Below, in pieces: positions 12,811-25,635 of a stretch of 64,000 nt of DNA. Where the stretch lies: contig JAMWBK010000007.1 in the NCBI GenBank assembly GCA_029953675.1, positions 558,001 through 622,000 of the forward strand, written 5' to 3'. Below the pieces are notes generated by a model. The model was not told the DNA's origin. It made no database searches and worked only from the letters and a program-made list of their open reading frames with translations. The stretch is from Rhodosorus marinus CCMP1338. Lineage: Eukaryota > Plantae > Rhodophyta. Position numbers and translations under genes: made by a program. Each line of letters starts with the position of its first letter. The stretch's first letter is position 1.

Positions 12811-12926
12811 ATGCAGATGTAGTTTGGTCAAGTCCACTGTCTTGCTTTGAGAACGCAGACCTAGTTTGGTCAAGCCATTGTCTCCTCTTAAAAAAGCAGA
12901 CGTAGTCTGGTCCAGCCATTGTCTGG
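12811..12926. repeat. Three degenerate tandem copies of a ~42-bp unit (GCAGAYSTAGTYTGGTCMAG(T)CCAYTGTCT)
   Basis: GCAGA starts at 12813, 12855 and 12896 (periods 42 and 41). The array lies between the divergent TBC and PMS2 genes. Confidence 0.85.
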
Positions 12927-13285
12927 CCGGGAGCAAGAGATTGATCAAGTTTACTGGTCACACTTACAAGTCTTCTGAGGTTTGTCATGTCTTGACTTCC
13001 GCTCGTGTTGGGACGCTTGTATAATATCGTAGCCATCGTGTCCAGTATTGACAGAGGAGCCAGACAAGGGCTTGGAATCGATGTGAAGTGAACTAATGGC
13101 TATTGAAGTGGGACGTTGGAGAATGGAGTTTTAGGTATAGCCTATGAGTTATCACTCTTCTGATCGGATCAGGGTGGCTCCCTGCTGATCAAGTTTTTGT
13201 CGGGCATCGACGGATGGAAGATGGGCGCGATGCTAATCGCTAACGGGTTGGACAGGCTAGCTGATTGATTTGATTTTTTTTTTGG

Positions 13286-16200
13286 ATGGCATTTTCCCGA
13301 AAAAAAATGTCCAAGGTTGCAGTTTTAGGTCAGAACGATCAGAGAAGGGTATATTCTGGCCAAGTGATCCTTGATCCAGCGGCAGTGGTGAAGGAGCTGC
13401 TTGAAAATTCTTTGGACAGCTGTGCTAAGAGAATTGACATTCGAGTGCGTGGAACTGCAGCGTTGAGGAGCATATCCGTAGTCGATAATGGAAGCGGCAT
13501 ATCTAGAGACGATCTCGGTCTGCTCTGTACTGCACATGCAACCTCGAAACTCTCAGATCTCGATGACATAACAAGAGTTCGAACCATGGGCTTTCGTGGA
13601 GAAGCCCTAGCGGCTATCGCAGCCCTCTCCGGTAGGGAGCATTCGCTCAACTCGCTTTTTGGAAACCGATCTCTGGAAAGCTTATGTACGTTGGTATCAC
13701 GATTAGAACGGCTCGTGGTGGTCACAAAGACTGACAAGGACGAGACTGGAACCGCTGTAGAATACTCTGAGACCGGAGAAGTTGAAAAACAAAGTCCTAC
13801 TCCCCGAACCGTTGGGACAACTGCCACGGTCGAAAACCTCTTCTGTAGGCTGCCCGTCCGTAAGAAAGAAGCGGAGAGTAATTCCAAGCGAGTAAGGAGC
13901 AGCCTTTGTCTCGCCAGTTGCTGGATCTTGCACAGTTGCTGAACACATTCTGAATGGGAACGGGTTTGCGCTAGGAGGTGAACAGAATCGTAGCGATTAT
14001 TCACACGTACGGGCTCATATGCTTTGGCGTTAAAATATCTCTGGCCATGGAGTCCACAACACTGCTGCAGACCCCAGGGAGGCCGCTGAAAGACAATTCA
14101 AGCGATGATCGGGGGCTATACGAGAATGTGGTTGCCCTATTCGGCAGCAAACAAGGTTCCGCTCTTGTCACGGCTGTGGTTCCATCACTCCTGTCTGGAT
14201 GCGAAAAACAACCACAACCGAGCACTGAAGATCCAGAGGATGGCGCAGATCCTATCCAAAACAGTGAGCTGTGAACCCAGTTTTATGAGCCATAGGCGTA
14301 GCTTCCTAAGTTTTCTCTTCTCTCGGTTTCAGCGTCTGACCCAAACGTCGATCTACGTGTTGTAGACAGCGATGAAGTATGGTCAATGTACGGTCTGGTC
14401 TCCCGAGCTGATCGTGACTCTGGCAGGTCCAGCACCGATCGGCAGTATGTGTATATAAATCGCCGACCAGTTGATTTTCCGAAACTTACACGCGCATGCA
14501 ACGAAATGTACCGCCGCTTTGTTCCTTCCGCATCGCCCGTGTTGATCCTGAGTCTCCACGCTCCGGAGGCGGAAGTCGATGTTAACATACAACCGGACAA
14601 GAGGAAGGTAGGTTCCTCTTCTGGACGGCGCCCTCCGCCGTAATTACTTACCTTGTTGTTCCCTAGGCCATGGCTTGGCTTCTCAAACAGAAAACTTATA
14701 TAACACTTACAGGTACGTTTTCTGCGCGAGAATGAAGTCGTTACCGCCGTACGAGATGCTCTCGAGAATATTTGGAATAAGAATCTGTCCAGTTATGCTC
14801 CTAGCGCGGCGACACAAACGTTTTTGGCCACATCCGCACCGAATGGAAAGGATAAGCCCTCGACCAGAGAGCAGTTAAGTTCAATGACTGCTGAAAGCCA
14901 ATCTGAAAGGACGCCTTTCGAGCCAAAACCTGAGGAAACGAGAAACACGGACGTAAGTATCGCCCCTGTAGTGAATGCCAACAGTCCCACAGAGCGGCGA
15001 GAGGTTGGAGAGTCATTTGGAAGAGAACTGTTGGACGAAGCTGTCTCCAAGGCGGAAAGCGAGGCAAGGAAGGCTCTCCCAGAAAGCCTTCCGCAGCGAA
15101 GGGAGAATCATCACGAAGACTCGATATTTGAAGAAAAGGTTGCTGCGGACAATCTAGGACACAGCGAAGGTCAAGTGTCTGCTCGTATCAATGGTAATGG
15201 TGAGTTTCAGCGCCTTCCAGAGAAGAGAGCTCGTACTGCAGCTCTAGCTGGAGCTGCAGCCGCAGGCTCGGCAAGAAAGGGCAGGTCTCTTGTCGACTTC
15301 ATGTCTAGAAAGCGTCGGCAACCGGCATCAATTGTTCCTTCGTCCTCCGATCAAGATGGCCCGAGCGGAGGAATGAGAACGAACCTTGCCGATGTACAGA
15401 GTTCCAAGGACCGAAGTGTAGAATCGTATGGTAAGGAGAGCGGAGCATCTCCAAGCGCTAGGGATGACGATGGAATACGTGCCGACGATGATGATTCCGA
15501 GGTGGTCATTACGGATTCCGCGAAGAAGCGCAAGGCCACCGACGAGAAGCCACTTTTCGAGTACGTAGTTCTCAACCGTTGTCATTTTCCTCTCAAGTTG
15601 CTACGGCTCTGTTCGTACTCGGTCTCTTAAGCTCCTAGCCAACCCCGCTCGTAGGTTTGGCGGGATACAGGTTCAGGAAGGGCTTGCTCGTGATTTATCT
15701 TCGACGAGAGAACGACCCAACGGCAAACGGGGAAAATTCAATCTCAGCTCGATAAGCAGTTCCCTAGTGAGTGAGGATGTCGCAGACACGGAAATAAGAC
15801 GCGAGTTTAAGAAGCAGTGGTTCTCAGGGATGCGTGTTATTGGACAGTTCAATCTCGGCTTCATCGTGTGTGAACTGGGTGGCAGCATGTTCATAATCGA
15901 CCAGCATGCTGCTGATGAAAAGTACAACTACGAGGACTTGACGAAGCGAACGGAAATCAGATGTCAGCCTTTGGTGCTCCCGCAGCAGCTCGAACTGTCG
16001 ACGGAAGACGAACTGATAGTTGCCGACAACCTGGATGTGTTCAGGTAACGCGTGCATACGGCAACCGTTTTTGCAATGAGTTAGGGAACGCGGCTTGTCT
16101 GCTTTCTCGTTGGTTGTGATTCTGACGATTAGCTTGCAACCCCGTTGATGTACCTCTCCTGTGTCAGGTCTGCTGGCTTCAACATCGAGTACGAAAGGGA

Positions 16201-16675
16201 AGGAGCCCCAACGAAGCGGGCCAAGCTCTTGACCGTACCGTACAGTCAGAACACTGTATTCGGGCTTACTGACGTGCAGCAGATGATTGCGGAGATGAAG
16301 TCCACGAGCGCTCGTGGCGGAAAGGTTTCAAAAGGTAGAGAGAAACAGCACAGCGAGTGTGTGTGACAGAACTCACTAGAGCTGCTCAACGCCGGATCTG
16401 GAGCCGTTCTTTCTAATGTTTCCCGGCTCTTTCTTGTGGATGCGTCTCATAAACAACATGCAGATCTGAAGCCGAAGCGGGTGGCAGAAATGTTGGCATC
16501 GCGAGCTTGTAGGAAGTCGATAATGATCGGTACAGCCCTGGACCACGGGCAAATGCGAAAAGTGGTCAGCACACTTTCAACCCTCGAAAGTCCGTGGAAT
16601 TGTCCCCATGGAAGGCCGACAATGAGACACTTGTGGGATTTGGAGCCAGCCAAGACTATCCTTAGAGAGAATTAG
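13286..16675 (+). CDS. PMS2: DNA mismatch repair endonuclease PMS2 (MutL homolog), multi-exon
   Basis: GHKL ATPase motifs (VKELLENSLD, VVDNGSG, HATSKL, GFRGEAL), YINRRPVD and DVNIQPDKR, plus the PMS2-type endonuclease motif DQHAADEKYNYE and C-terminal SRACRKSIMIG and WNCPHGRPT. Confidence 0.97.
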
Positions 16676-17054
16676 AGCTTGACCTAACCATAGGATGCGG
16701 GGGCTCATCCGGCACCCTAGGTTACCTTCAATGATGTGCTCGCGAAGGGAAACACCCCCGTAAATGTTTCGTGCTCATGTTGACGATAATCTAGTTTATT
16801 ACAAAAAAAGTAAGGTACCGAAGGGTATCATCATCGACTTTTGGTTCGTCAATACCCACTATTCAGACCTGGAAATACAACCAACCACGGCAAGCGCGAC
16901 GCCAGTGACCGCTCGCTGGCCGTCTCGCCGCAACTTTCTCGCATCGATGGTCTGTCCAAGCGTTGGAGGAAATTCGTTGGCTTTCGATGGGAACCGTACC
17001 GTGCTCAACGCGATATACAAAATACATATATAAATGCCCCAAAAACGAAACGCC

Positions 17055-20000
17055 CTAGAGGCCAACCGGAACCCCAAACCCGGATCCTAGGGGAACGCTC
17101 CAGAACAAATTGTCGTACGTTCCCAGTGCGTCATCGCCTGCATATTCGCCGGCAAGCTGCAAGCCATGACTTGGGCTCAGGCAAACGGTTATTAAGTCTC
17201 CACGTGCAATCTCTGCCAGATTTGCGCCACTCTCTTCCCCCTCCTCAATGTTCTTCTTCAGCAGCAGTCGTCTCTGAAGCGAAGCACCGAAGTTTGCCAT
17301 GACGAGCTTGAGGAATGTCTGTTCCTCACTTTCCTAAATCAGACGATGTATACAGAGGCAAATTAGAATTGCGCGACTGAGAAACACAGAGAATAAACAT
17401 GGTAGAATTTCGCACATCGCTAGAGAAACGAGAGACGCCCGTCATGAAGGAGTGGAGCACGGCAGGGTCGTTCCATGCCTTGCACTTCTCCGCTTCATCG
17501 TCAGCAAGTAGTTTTAGAAAGGTAAGCAGCACACCCCCCTTCACATTCCAATCCGGCAGGGAAGATGCGCTGAGCGTAGATAAAAGGTTGATGAGCCGCT
17601 TTGCAGCCGTCTCCCATCCGCGGAGACTTCTGACTGCCATGGACGCAATTTTCGGGGCGATTTTGTCGCATATTAGGTCGTGTGCATCAGAGCTCGCTTC
17701 CATTTCATTCCAGTCCGCCCCAAGTTTACAAAGAAGCTCTGCTTCCTCTGCATGTGCTTGCCGGTATCTGCCCAGCATGAAATAAGTGCGTTGAGAGAAA
17801 AGCCAGAGCAACGAATTAAGGACCCGGTATCCAAGTGGGTGCGGAAGGCGAGAGGAAGATCGTTCGTATTACCTTGCCCACAGAACTTTGGCCTCTAAGA
17901 TCCAATCGTAAGGGACCTTGAGTACACCGCAAAGGAATGCCTCAGGTTCCAGTGCCTCTTCTCGCCCACGTACTTCTGCTGTGTCTTTGACAATTTTCGG
18001 CCAAAGCCTCCATATAAGCGATCGCAATTCCCAATCACGAAACGCCGACGTCTGTGCCGAGGCCATAACGTAAACTGACCAAAGAGGCATGGAGTTGCCT
18101 TCCAGCTGTTCTGCGAACGTTGCATGTACTCGCAGCTCCTGTCGTAAGCGTGCCCCCGCGCCGACAATTCCGCGGAGCCACTGGTAAAGCATCCAGCTCC
18201 CGGTGAAGTCAAGAATCGCCTTTTCCGAACCAACTATTTATCAAATGAATAAAGCACGAGCTTCAGTTGGTCGTTGTTGTTGAGCAACTCTCCCAGGCCA
18301 CAACGAGACAAACGGTGCGTCCCAGAGTACTATCGCGGAGGAGGGCCAGCACTGTGCCCTTGATCGAGACTTACAAGATGTCGTTGAAATTGCTCGCTCC
18401 AGACCGTGTTCGTGAGCAATATTTGAGAAGAGGCACAGGATCTCGTAGGCAGAATCAGTTTCACCGTTTTTCGCGACGGCGTATCTTTCGTCAAGGTTGA
18501 GGTCCGAAGCATGCGGAGGCACTGGCGGGCCCGCTATGCGTGATGAATCCCATGCCGTTGTGAAGGCCTCAACGGCGTTTGCCAAGGACCCAATGTCTTT
18601 CCTCCCACTTTTCGAATACCACAAAAAAAGCGCAAACGCTCGGTACCACGACACCTCTTTCAGCTGGCGACTCTTCTCTATGTTCCCGGAGAGCAGGTGT
18701 AAAAGATCCAAAACGTCTTCTCTAGTTTTCTCACCTGCGTCGCCTATCGAAACAGGCGCGTCAGATGCTTTCCAGTGGACAGCTTCAGGGGGAGGAAGCC
18801 CATACGGAGTGGATTTAAGCAGAACAGTTAGGATGCGGAACTCACCCACTGTGAATCGATTTGCAAACTCATCAACGTCCCTGTGAAAAGAGGACCCGGG
18901 AAACTCCATCGAGCGCGAAACAAGCAAAGCCAGTCTGTAGTCTCCTTTCTCGAGGAGAGATTGGGCAGCTTCATCAACTTTTCCGGAGCTCAAAGTAGAG
19001 TAGACGTCCTGATAATAGTTTCCGGCCGAGTGCTCGTCCTTCGCCCAGGAACACGCATGTTCCTCAAGCCAGCGGGAAATTCGAAATCGAATAATATGGT
19101 CCTGAGCGCCGTCGTATTCGCCATATAGAGCTAGGAGAAGCCCAAAGATGATTGCCAAGTGCTTTTGCTGGTATCGCTCAAAGTGTTCTACAAGAACCTG
19201 CAAGCTTGTGTCCCGAGCAGTTGGTGCTACAGCGAATATCTGGCCGGAAAAGTTCAGATAGAGATGATTGAGTTCTCCGTCGTTCAGCGGTGTTTCAATG
19301 ACAAAATTGGGGCAATGGTTTACGTTCTCTAGCGTCGGCTGGCTCAGCTTTCCTGTTCCCATCGAATCGTATTCATCCCTTTCCCATTCCTTCATATGTG
19401 TTTGCAACGCCTCGCCGTAGAACTCCTTCGGGTGTTGTTTGGATATCCTCACGATTCTGATCCCGAAACTTTCTCCAGCGCGTTGTGGAAGGACCGGAGT
19501 GCAGAGGTTGCCGTTTCCACCGAACGCACATCGAAAGCTTCTGCCAAGCCTCAACATAGGATCTCTCGTAGATCCCTCCGCTCCAGAAGCAACAGAATCC
19601 TGAATGCTTGGAACAGGATGCAATGTATCAAGCAACGTGGGAGCCTAGGAATTTTTCAAGATACGATGTGGGCAAAAACAAAAGCAGGGTTCAATTCCTT
19701 TGGATGGTACAAGCTCCGGACATTAGGGTAGGAACTCTCTTTTGAGTTTTGCCGTGTGTTTTCTCTCACCATCTGTGTTTGTTGAATCGCATTCCGCAGA
19801 ACGCTAACGGAGAACGTCGACGACTTGATGCGGCCCTTCATCCTCGGGGATTCCAAGTGTCTTGGCCTAACTCTTCTACCTTGCTCATCTACCGCATCAG
19901 CGGAGACTAAGCTCTCCTCAACAAGCATCTCTGAATCACTAACAGGAGCGATTTCCTCCCCTTTGTGAGGAAACAAGAGTCTTTGCATTCTATGCAGCCT

Positions 20001-20978
20001 CGGGATTTCTAGAGAATCGAACACGGATGCTTTTGTTTCATCCGCGGCTTCCGAATCTTCAGTTTTCTGAATGTCATCTTCGTTTTCAGCCTGGTTGCGG
20101 AATCAGATGAAGAGCAGTGGTTAGCACAAGACAACATCTTCTTCTTTTTCTTTTCCGGTAGTTCGAACCGGGATACGTACAGGACTGCTTTGCTCATCAC
20201 CCGCGTCGGACCAATCATCAGGTACTGAGAGAATCCTGCTTGGGGTAGTAGTCCCCACTTTCTCGACAGTAGCACCCTTAAGATCGCTGACTTCAGCGTC
20301 TCGTTGCTGATTACTTGTACCTTCGGGGCCCAGTGGACCAACCGCACTTGGGGTGTGCTCATCATCGGACTCATCCAAGAAGCCATATCTACTAAAGTGA
20401 TCAACTCCAACTGTAAGAACGTCTAAATCCTCATCGTAATTTAGAAACGACGCTAGCTGCAACCTGCACTCCTCTCGGAGGATTTCCTCTAGGTAAGCGG
20501 AACCTTCTCCCCGGATAGAGCTTTCGCTATGCATGTCCAGCACGAGCTAAACGGGGAAGAACGATTCTCTCAGTGAGTCAACTTTTGGAAAAGAACAGAG
20601 TATGGGCATTGAGCAGGTTTTCTGAAACGTACGGTGGCAGGTTTGCTTAGTTTACGCGCGTACTGCTCCTCACATCCTTCTCCTACAGAGACGTATCTAC
20701 GGCCTATGTCCACGAGCTGATCTAGGTCAAGATCTCGCACATCCGTGAATCCTTTCCATACGATGGAACCGAATCCACGCCGACCAACTTGGAAGTTGTG
20801 GACTGCAGCCCTTTCGGTCTCCGAACACTCCCTGCATTTCATTGTTATCATCAGAGCTATTGGCTTAAACGGCAGTAGTATAAGAGATCTTATACGAAAG
20901 TGACGGCGGCTCTCACCTCAGTCTTTCAACTGACGGTCGACAGAAGTAAGCATCCCTCGAGAGCCTTGGCGCGGCCAT
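17055..20978 (-). CDS. NUP96: Nucleoporin Nup96 with N-terminal Nup98-type autoproteolytic (peptidase S59) domain, multi-exon
   Basis: Spliced start MAAPRLSRDAYFCRPSVERLR|ECSETERAAVHNFQVGRRGFGSIVW...DLDLDQLVDI; cleavage motif VDHFSRYGFL (about 20400); Nup96-like ISRWLEEHA...LSSGKVDEAAQSLLEKGDYRLALLVS and LSWYRAFALFLWY-type segments. No FG repeats seen upstream. Confidence 0.88.
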
Positions 20979-22701
20979 GACCGCCTTTTCACTCTCCGAG
21001 CGACGATCGACCAGCTCTTCAACTCTGTTTTCCAAGCGCTGGGCTGAAAAATTACTTCATCTAATTTTTCAGTTTCTAGCAAAAACCAAGAAGAACCGAA
21101 CCGGAGGTCTTCTCGTTGGTGATAGCCGTGGAAACCTCTTCAAACCCCTTGCATTCGATCTCTCGCACCAGAAAGATCTCTGCCAACTTCGGCCTTTGAA
21201 GTGTTCCCTCAGAAGAATCAGCCTGACCACAACGCTAATCGACTTTTTCACCCGCAACCCCTTCACACAAGAATCGTCTTAATATTTACTTGGCCAAACT
21301 TACTCGGCGAATGTTGCCCTCCCAAGACCGAATTGAAAATTGATATCGTTTTCCTGGCCAAAGGAACACAGCCAGTGTTCCATCAAAAAAAAAAAATTGA
21401 AAAGCCACGAAGAGCGGGGATGACAGATGGAGGCTCTTTGGATCACATTGAAGAAGCATTCTAATGTTTGTTGGGCATGTGACTTGAAAGGCTTGATAGA
21501 TCTGGATTACATGAAGATTGATGATCGCTAACCTGTTCAACGATACCGCTATGGACTCGCAATAACCTTCACAGATCACGCGGGAACGGAGAAGATGAGT
21601 GGAACAGATAGCCAACAGAGAGCAATGAAGCGAAAGCACATGTTAACCACTCGATGAGAGATTCTGCTGATCTTCTCAGCGCATTGGGATTTAGACTCCC
21701 TCTTCGCACGTGAGGAGTTCGTCTGCACGAATGACTTCTAAAATACTATAGACCTTGTGAATGATGTTCCGTTCGGCAGAATTCGGGCCTTAGCACACCT
21801 TTTAGTTTCCTCCAATCGAATAGGACTCAAGGCTGAGCACATATCGGTTCTCTACGAGAGACCGCCTGATCACTTCGCTCCATATCAATCGCCAAAAAGC
21901 CTTGACATGCCGCGGAACCTCGAAGACTGTCCCATGTGGGACGTCCCAGGTCGATAAGCTGTGCTGCTTCGTGGTGCCGTGTGACGGCTGTTAAGCCTCG
22001 ACACGTCACGATGCGCCCCGCGCATCTTGAGCGAGAGCCCACGTTGAATCTAGACAAGCGTGAACTGCGATGATGGAGTGTGCCATATGATATGCCGTAA
22101 CGCAAGAGTACAGCTAAAAACTCAAGCTCTTGGTCAGGAGCGCTTCCTGAGCGTGCACCGGAAGGGATTCGACAACGCACATCAATATACTGTTGTGGAG
22201 AATGTTCGCAGATGGAAAATGTTCAGCTCTCCACCTACTAGGGAGTCAAAACGTTTAAGGTGGCAGTCGAAGGCCAACTCGCGTCGAGGCCAGTTCTGTC
22301 TGTCCACATAAAAGCGTTCTCAGATGGGTCGCACATAGCTGCGGTACTGTGTTCGATCAGGCCTGGTACTTAGGGCGTTCACGCGCTAAGGAACATGCTA
22401 AGGCGATCAGTCGGGGTGGCCGCAGCGCACCTGACGTTCGCTACAGGAAGACCTCTGACACTTGTGCGCAAGCGGGAGGGGTTGAACCCTCCGGGACTTT
22501 CTGGTTAATTTTTTTCTTGATTTCGTTTTTATCGGTTCTCCTCTCACCACCACCCTAACTCTTAATAGATTTGTCTTCCCCGAAAACCCCCGCCGGGAGA
22601 CTACTGACATACTTTGCGCTCAAGTTTCGTCCTCGGAAACTATAGGAACAAGAAACAGGAAGAGCTCCTCCGGATTCTTACTCTCGCGGCATTCCAGTTT
22701 C

Positions 22702-23241
22702 TTATCGATTCTCTCTGGCATCCTTTGCCCCATCATCCAAATACTCGTCCAGATTCATATCTACGGGGCCAAAACTGAGATCATCGTCATTGAACATGGA
22801 CTTGATGAAGTTCTCCTAAGCGACATCGAGGAGTTTCCATTTGAGATGAGAGGTTGCGGAGGCAGGTCGCATCAAAGAGCGCAGGCAAAAGTAAAAACCT
22901 ACCTTGGCCATCATCTGTCTAATTATATCGATCGTCATCTGGTGACATTCGTCCTTTGTCATGTTCTGAATTGACTGCTCAAGACTATTCAGCGTGAACA
23001 GCTGACCGGTGGTCAATTCTCTCGGGTCAGACTGCTCCGGTAAATCATCCGGGTCCGGATCTCTCCTCGGAGGTCTCGGCTCCTCCTTTTCTGGTTCCTC
23101 AGAGCAAAACATGGTTGACAACCCTCGGCATGCTTTTCCACTACTGTTTAAGCCCATAGTTCTTCTCGAAACGCTCGCTCCCGCGATAGGAACCCTAAAG
23201 GTCCCAGAAAACGGGAGAAAGCACACCTCGCAGGACACCAT
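22702..23241 (-). CDS. nblA: Nuclear-encoded, plastid-targeted phycobilisome degradation protein NblA (Ycf18)
   Basis: ATG 23241 opens a Ser/Arg-rich transit peptide (MVSCEVCFLPFSG...). An intron at 22902-22816 (GTAGGT...CTTAG) gives ELTTGQLFTLNSLEQSIQNMTKDECHQMTIDIIRQMMAK|ENFIKSMF. This aligns without gaps to my recollection of cyanobacterial NblA (ELSLEQQFSIRSF..QVQNMS.DQ...QM...E). Confidence 0.85.
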
Positions 23242-24363
23242 CCGTTCCAAAATAAAGTCCCTTTGGGAGGGAACCCCCCAAAACAGCGTACCTAAAACTG
23301 TTAACTAGATCCCACTAATTTAACCCGAAGTACGAAATAGACCCGAAACCGGTAAAAAAATGACCACACGGCCACAATCCCATGCAAAACACAAAGATAC
23401 CCTGCCACCCAAACACGCTAACCTCACCCCTCCCAAAACGACAATACTCTACGCGACGCTTTCTGCAACGTCGTGACTAGCCTTCCTCGTCAAAAGAAAG
23501 CACACGCTGGATACACAACTCCAAGAGTAATCTCCCGCGGTCTCTTCCCGGTCCCTCTCAACTTCTCCCTCCTCACCTCTTTTCTCTTCTCCGAACAATC
23601 GATCGGAGCCTCTTCCCGCTAAGCTTTTTATCTCACAACGAAGTCGTTGCTACCAAATCTTCCCGGTAGCTTTGAAAGATCTTGGGAACAAGGACAATAC
23701 TGTATACTCAATCCAATCGTGTCTACGTGGGATTAGTATTGCCGTAGATCCTGCGTGAAGAAGCTCAGACGCTTCCAAAGTACTGCACGTAGGGAACACT
23801 CATCCTCCACAGATCTCCATTGTCGCAACTGGTCTGAATCCGAATGTCTCTACTTTGGGAGTTGCGTCGGTACTTTCACTGGTGAAGTGGAAGTCTTCTG
23901 AAATACCACTCGTGCTACCGATTCCGCTCTTCTCCATTTCGATCCACACAGGGAGAGAGACAAGCCTTCTGATTCAATCCGACAGCTTCAGTGTGGGGCT
24001 TTTGTCCACCCGTTTTGCACCAGTTGAACAGATTTCGATCTCAGATGGAAAACAAGAAGAGTCCTCTCGGCGCTGCCGTTTATGAAGAGAGTCGGTATGC
24101 GACCAGGGCAATAGGTTTGATTCTGTACTGCTGATCGTATAAGATCAGTCGGTGGCTTGATCAGCTTATACTCCTCGCCGCAGTGGAGGACGGTCGTTGA
24201 TAAGACAGTGGCGGTTTTTGTAGCTGATCCAAACTGCGATCAGTTTCGGGGTGGTTGAGCAGGAGTCGCTCTGAGCAGCGGCAAAGTGGATTTGAACTAG
24301 ATTCCGATGCCATAAACTGACATTCATACCGAACTCGGAATGATAATTAGCAGTCATGTGCCG

Positions 24364-25426
24364 ATGACTGGTCGAGGCGCAATGAAGTTGGAACCCAACA
24401 CGGTCCATGTTTGGACTTTGCTTCTGAGAAAGCAGAAGACGGCGTTGAGCGAGCTACAGTGTGTAAGTTTTCGAAAAGGAACTGCGCTGACAGACGCCTG
24501 GGCAGATGCTGCTTGTTGGGTTCTTCTGTCTTCTCTGAGCGTTTACAGTGTGGCCAACCACCTTCGTCTTTTCAGGTTTTGTGCGCCTCGGAGCGAGAAA
24601 GACTTGCAAAGTTTAATAGACAGAAAGATCAGATCCGGTTTGCGGAAAATCGGATGTTCCTGAGGTCAACCATCGGCAGGTATACCGGTGAAGAACCAAC
24701 AAACGTTCGTTTCAGCTACGGGCATAATGGCAAACCGTTCCTAGTTGACCATCCCTGGCTCAAGTTCAACCTTAGTCACACTCTGGACTATGCTGCAATT
24801 GCGGTCACCCGAGACTACCACGTCGGGGTTGACCTGGAAAGTGTGCACAGGTGAGAACACCGCTTTCGCTCCTATGGACCGAAAAATGCCTCCTCATAAT
24901 TTTTTTGCCTATCGGCTTCAAATCAACGAGCCAGGAAGGTAACCAACTTGAGTCGACTTGCAGCTCGAAAGCTAACAACCAGCGAATGGGAAAGAATCAA
25001 GTCTTGCGACGAGAGCACACGCACAGCGCAGTTCCTGCGAGCATGGACCCGTAAAGAGGCCTTTATCAAGGCTACGGGCGAGGGCCTATCTCGAGATCTG
25101 AAGACGGTGGAGGTTCGCAACGGTCAAGCAAAATAGTGCTCACAATCACCAGGGCCTGCCAATGAAAAGCTAGCGGTGCGCAAAAGCTTTGGTACTCGGA
25201 AATCCTGATCCGTAAATGACCTCTTTTGTGGCATCAGGTTTCACTGGAGGACAGCTCCAAATCGTTGCTGGTTTCGCTGGATGGCTCCCGGAAAAAGGCC
25301 AACGACTGGAGGGTCTACTCGTTCAATCCCTTCCCAGCCGTTCTTGGCGCGATTGCTGTTAAGAACTGCGACGTTCACACGGTTCAGCTCATGCCGTGTG
25401 CGCCTGGAACGATTCTATCCGAGTAG
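24364..25426 (+). CDS. Sfp-type 4'-phosphopantetheinyl transferase (HetI-like), about 4 exons
   Basis: VHVW, ERERLAKF, FSYGHNGKP, FNLSH, VGVDLE and WTRKEAFIKATGEGL. GT-AG introns at about 24463-24575, 24851-24934 and 25113-25237. Confidence 0.92.
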
Positions 25427-25635
25427 AGAATTTTCCAGCTCTTGTCCATTTCCTTTATATTTATTGATACCCACCGGCTAGCTGACGATCGCCCAGATAA
25501 AGAACTGTTCAGCGGACTTCATAACTATCAGTTTCCGGCTTTTGCCCAAGCTGAGCACAAAATCAAGTTTCGATTCCGAAAAGATATCACCACCGTCACT
25601 TCACTTTTGAAGGGGGCAGCACCCCTCTTCCGTCA

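Noticed and set aside
22470-22510. Minus-strand GAAAGTCCCGG plus a small hairpin, resembling RNase MRP CR-I; also a U-rich stretch like an Sm site on the plus strand
   Set aside because: No CR-V (ACnnGGGGCUyA) downstream, no P2/P3 pairing, and no U1/U2/U4/U5/U6 signature found.
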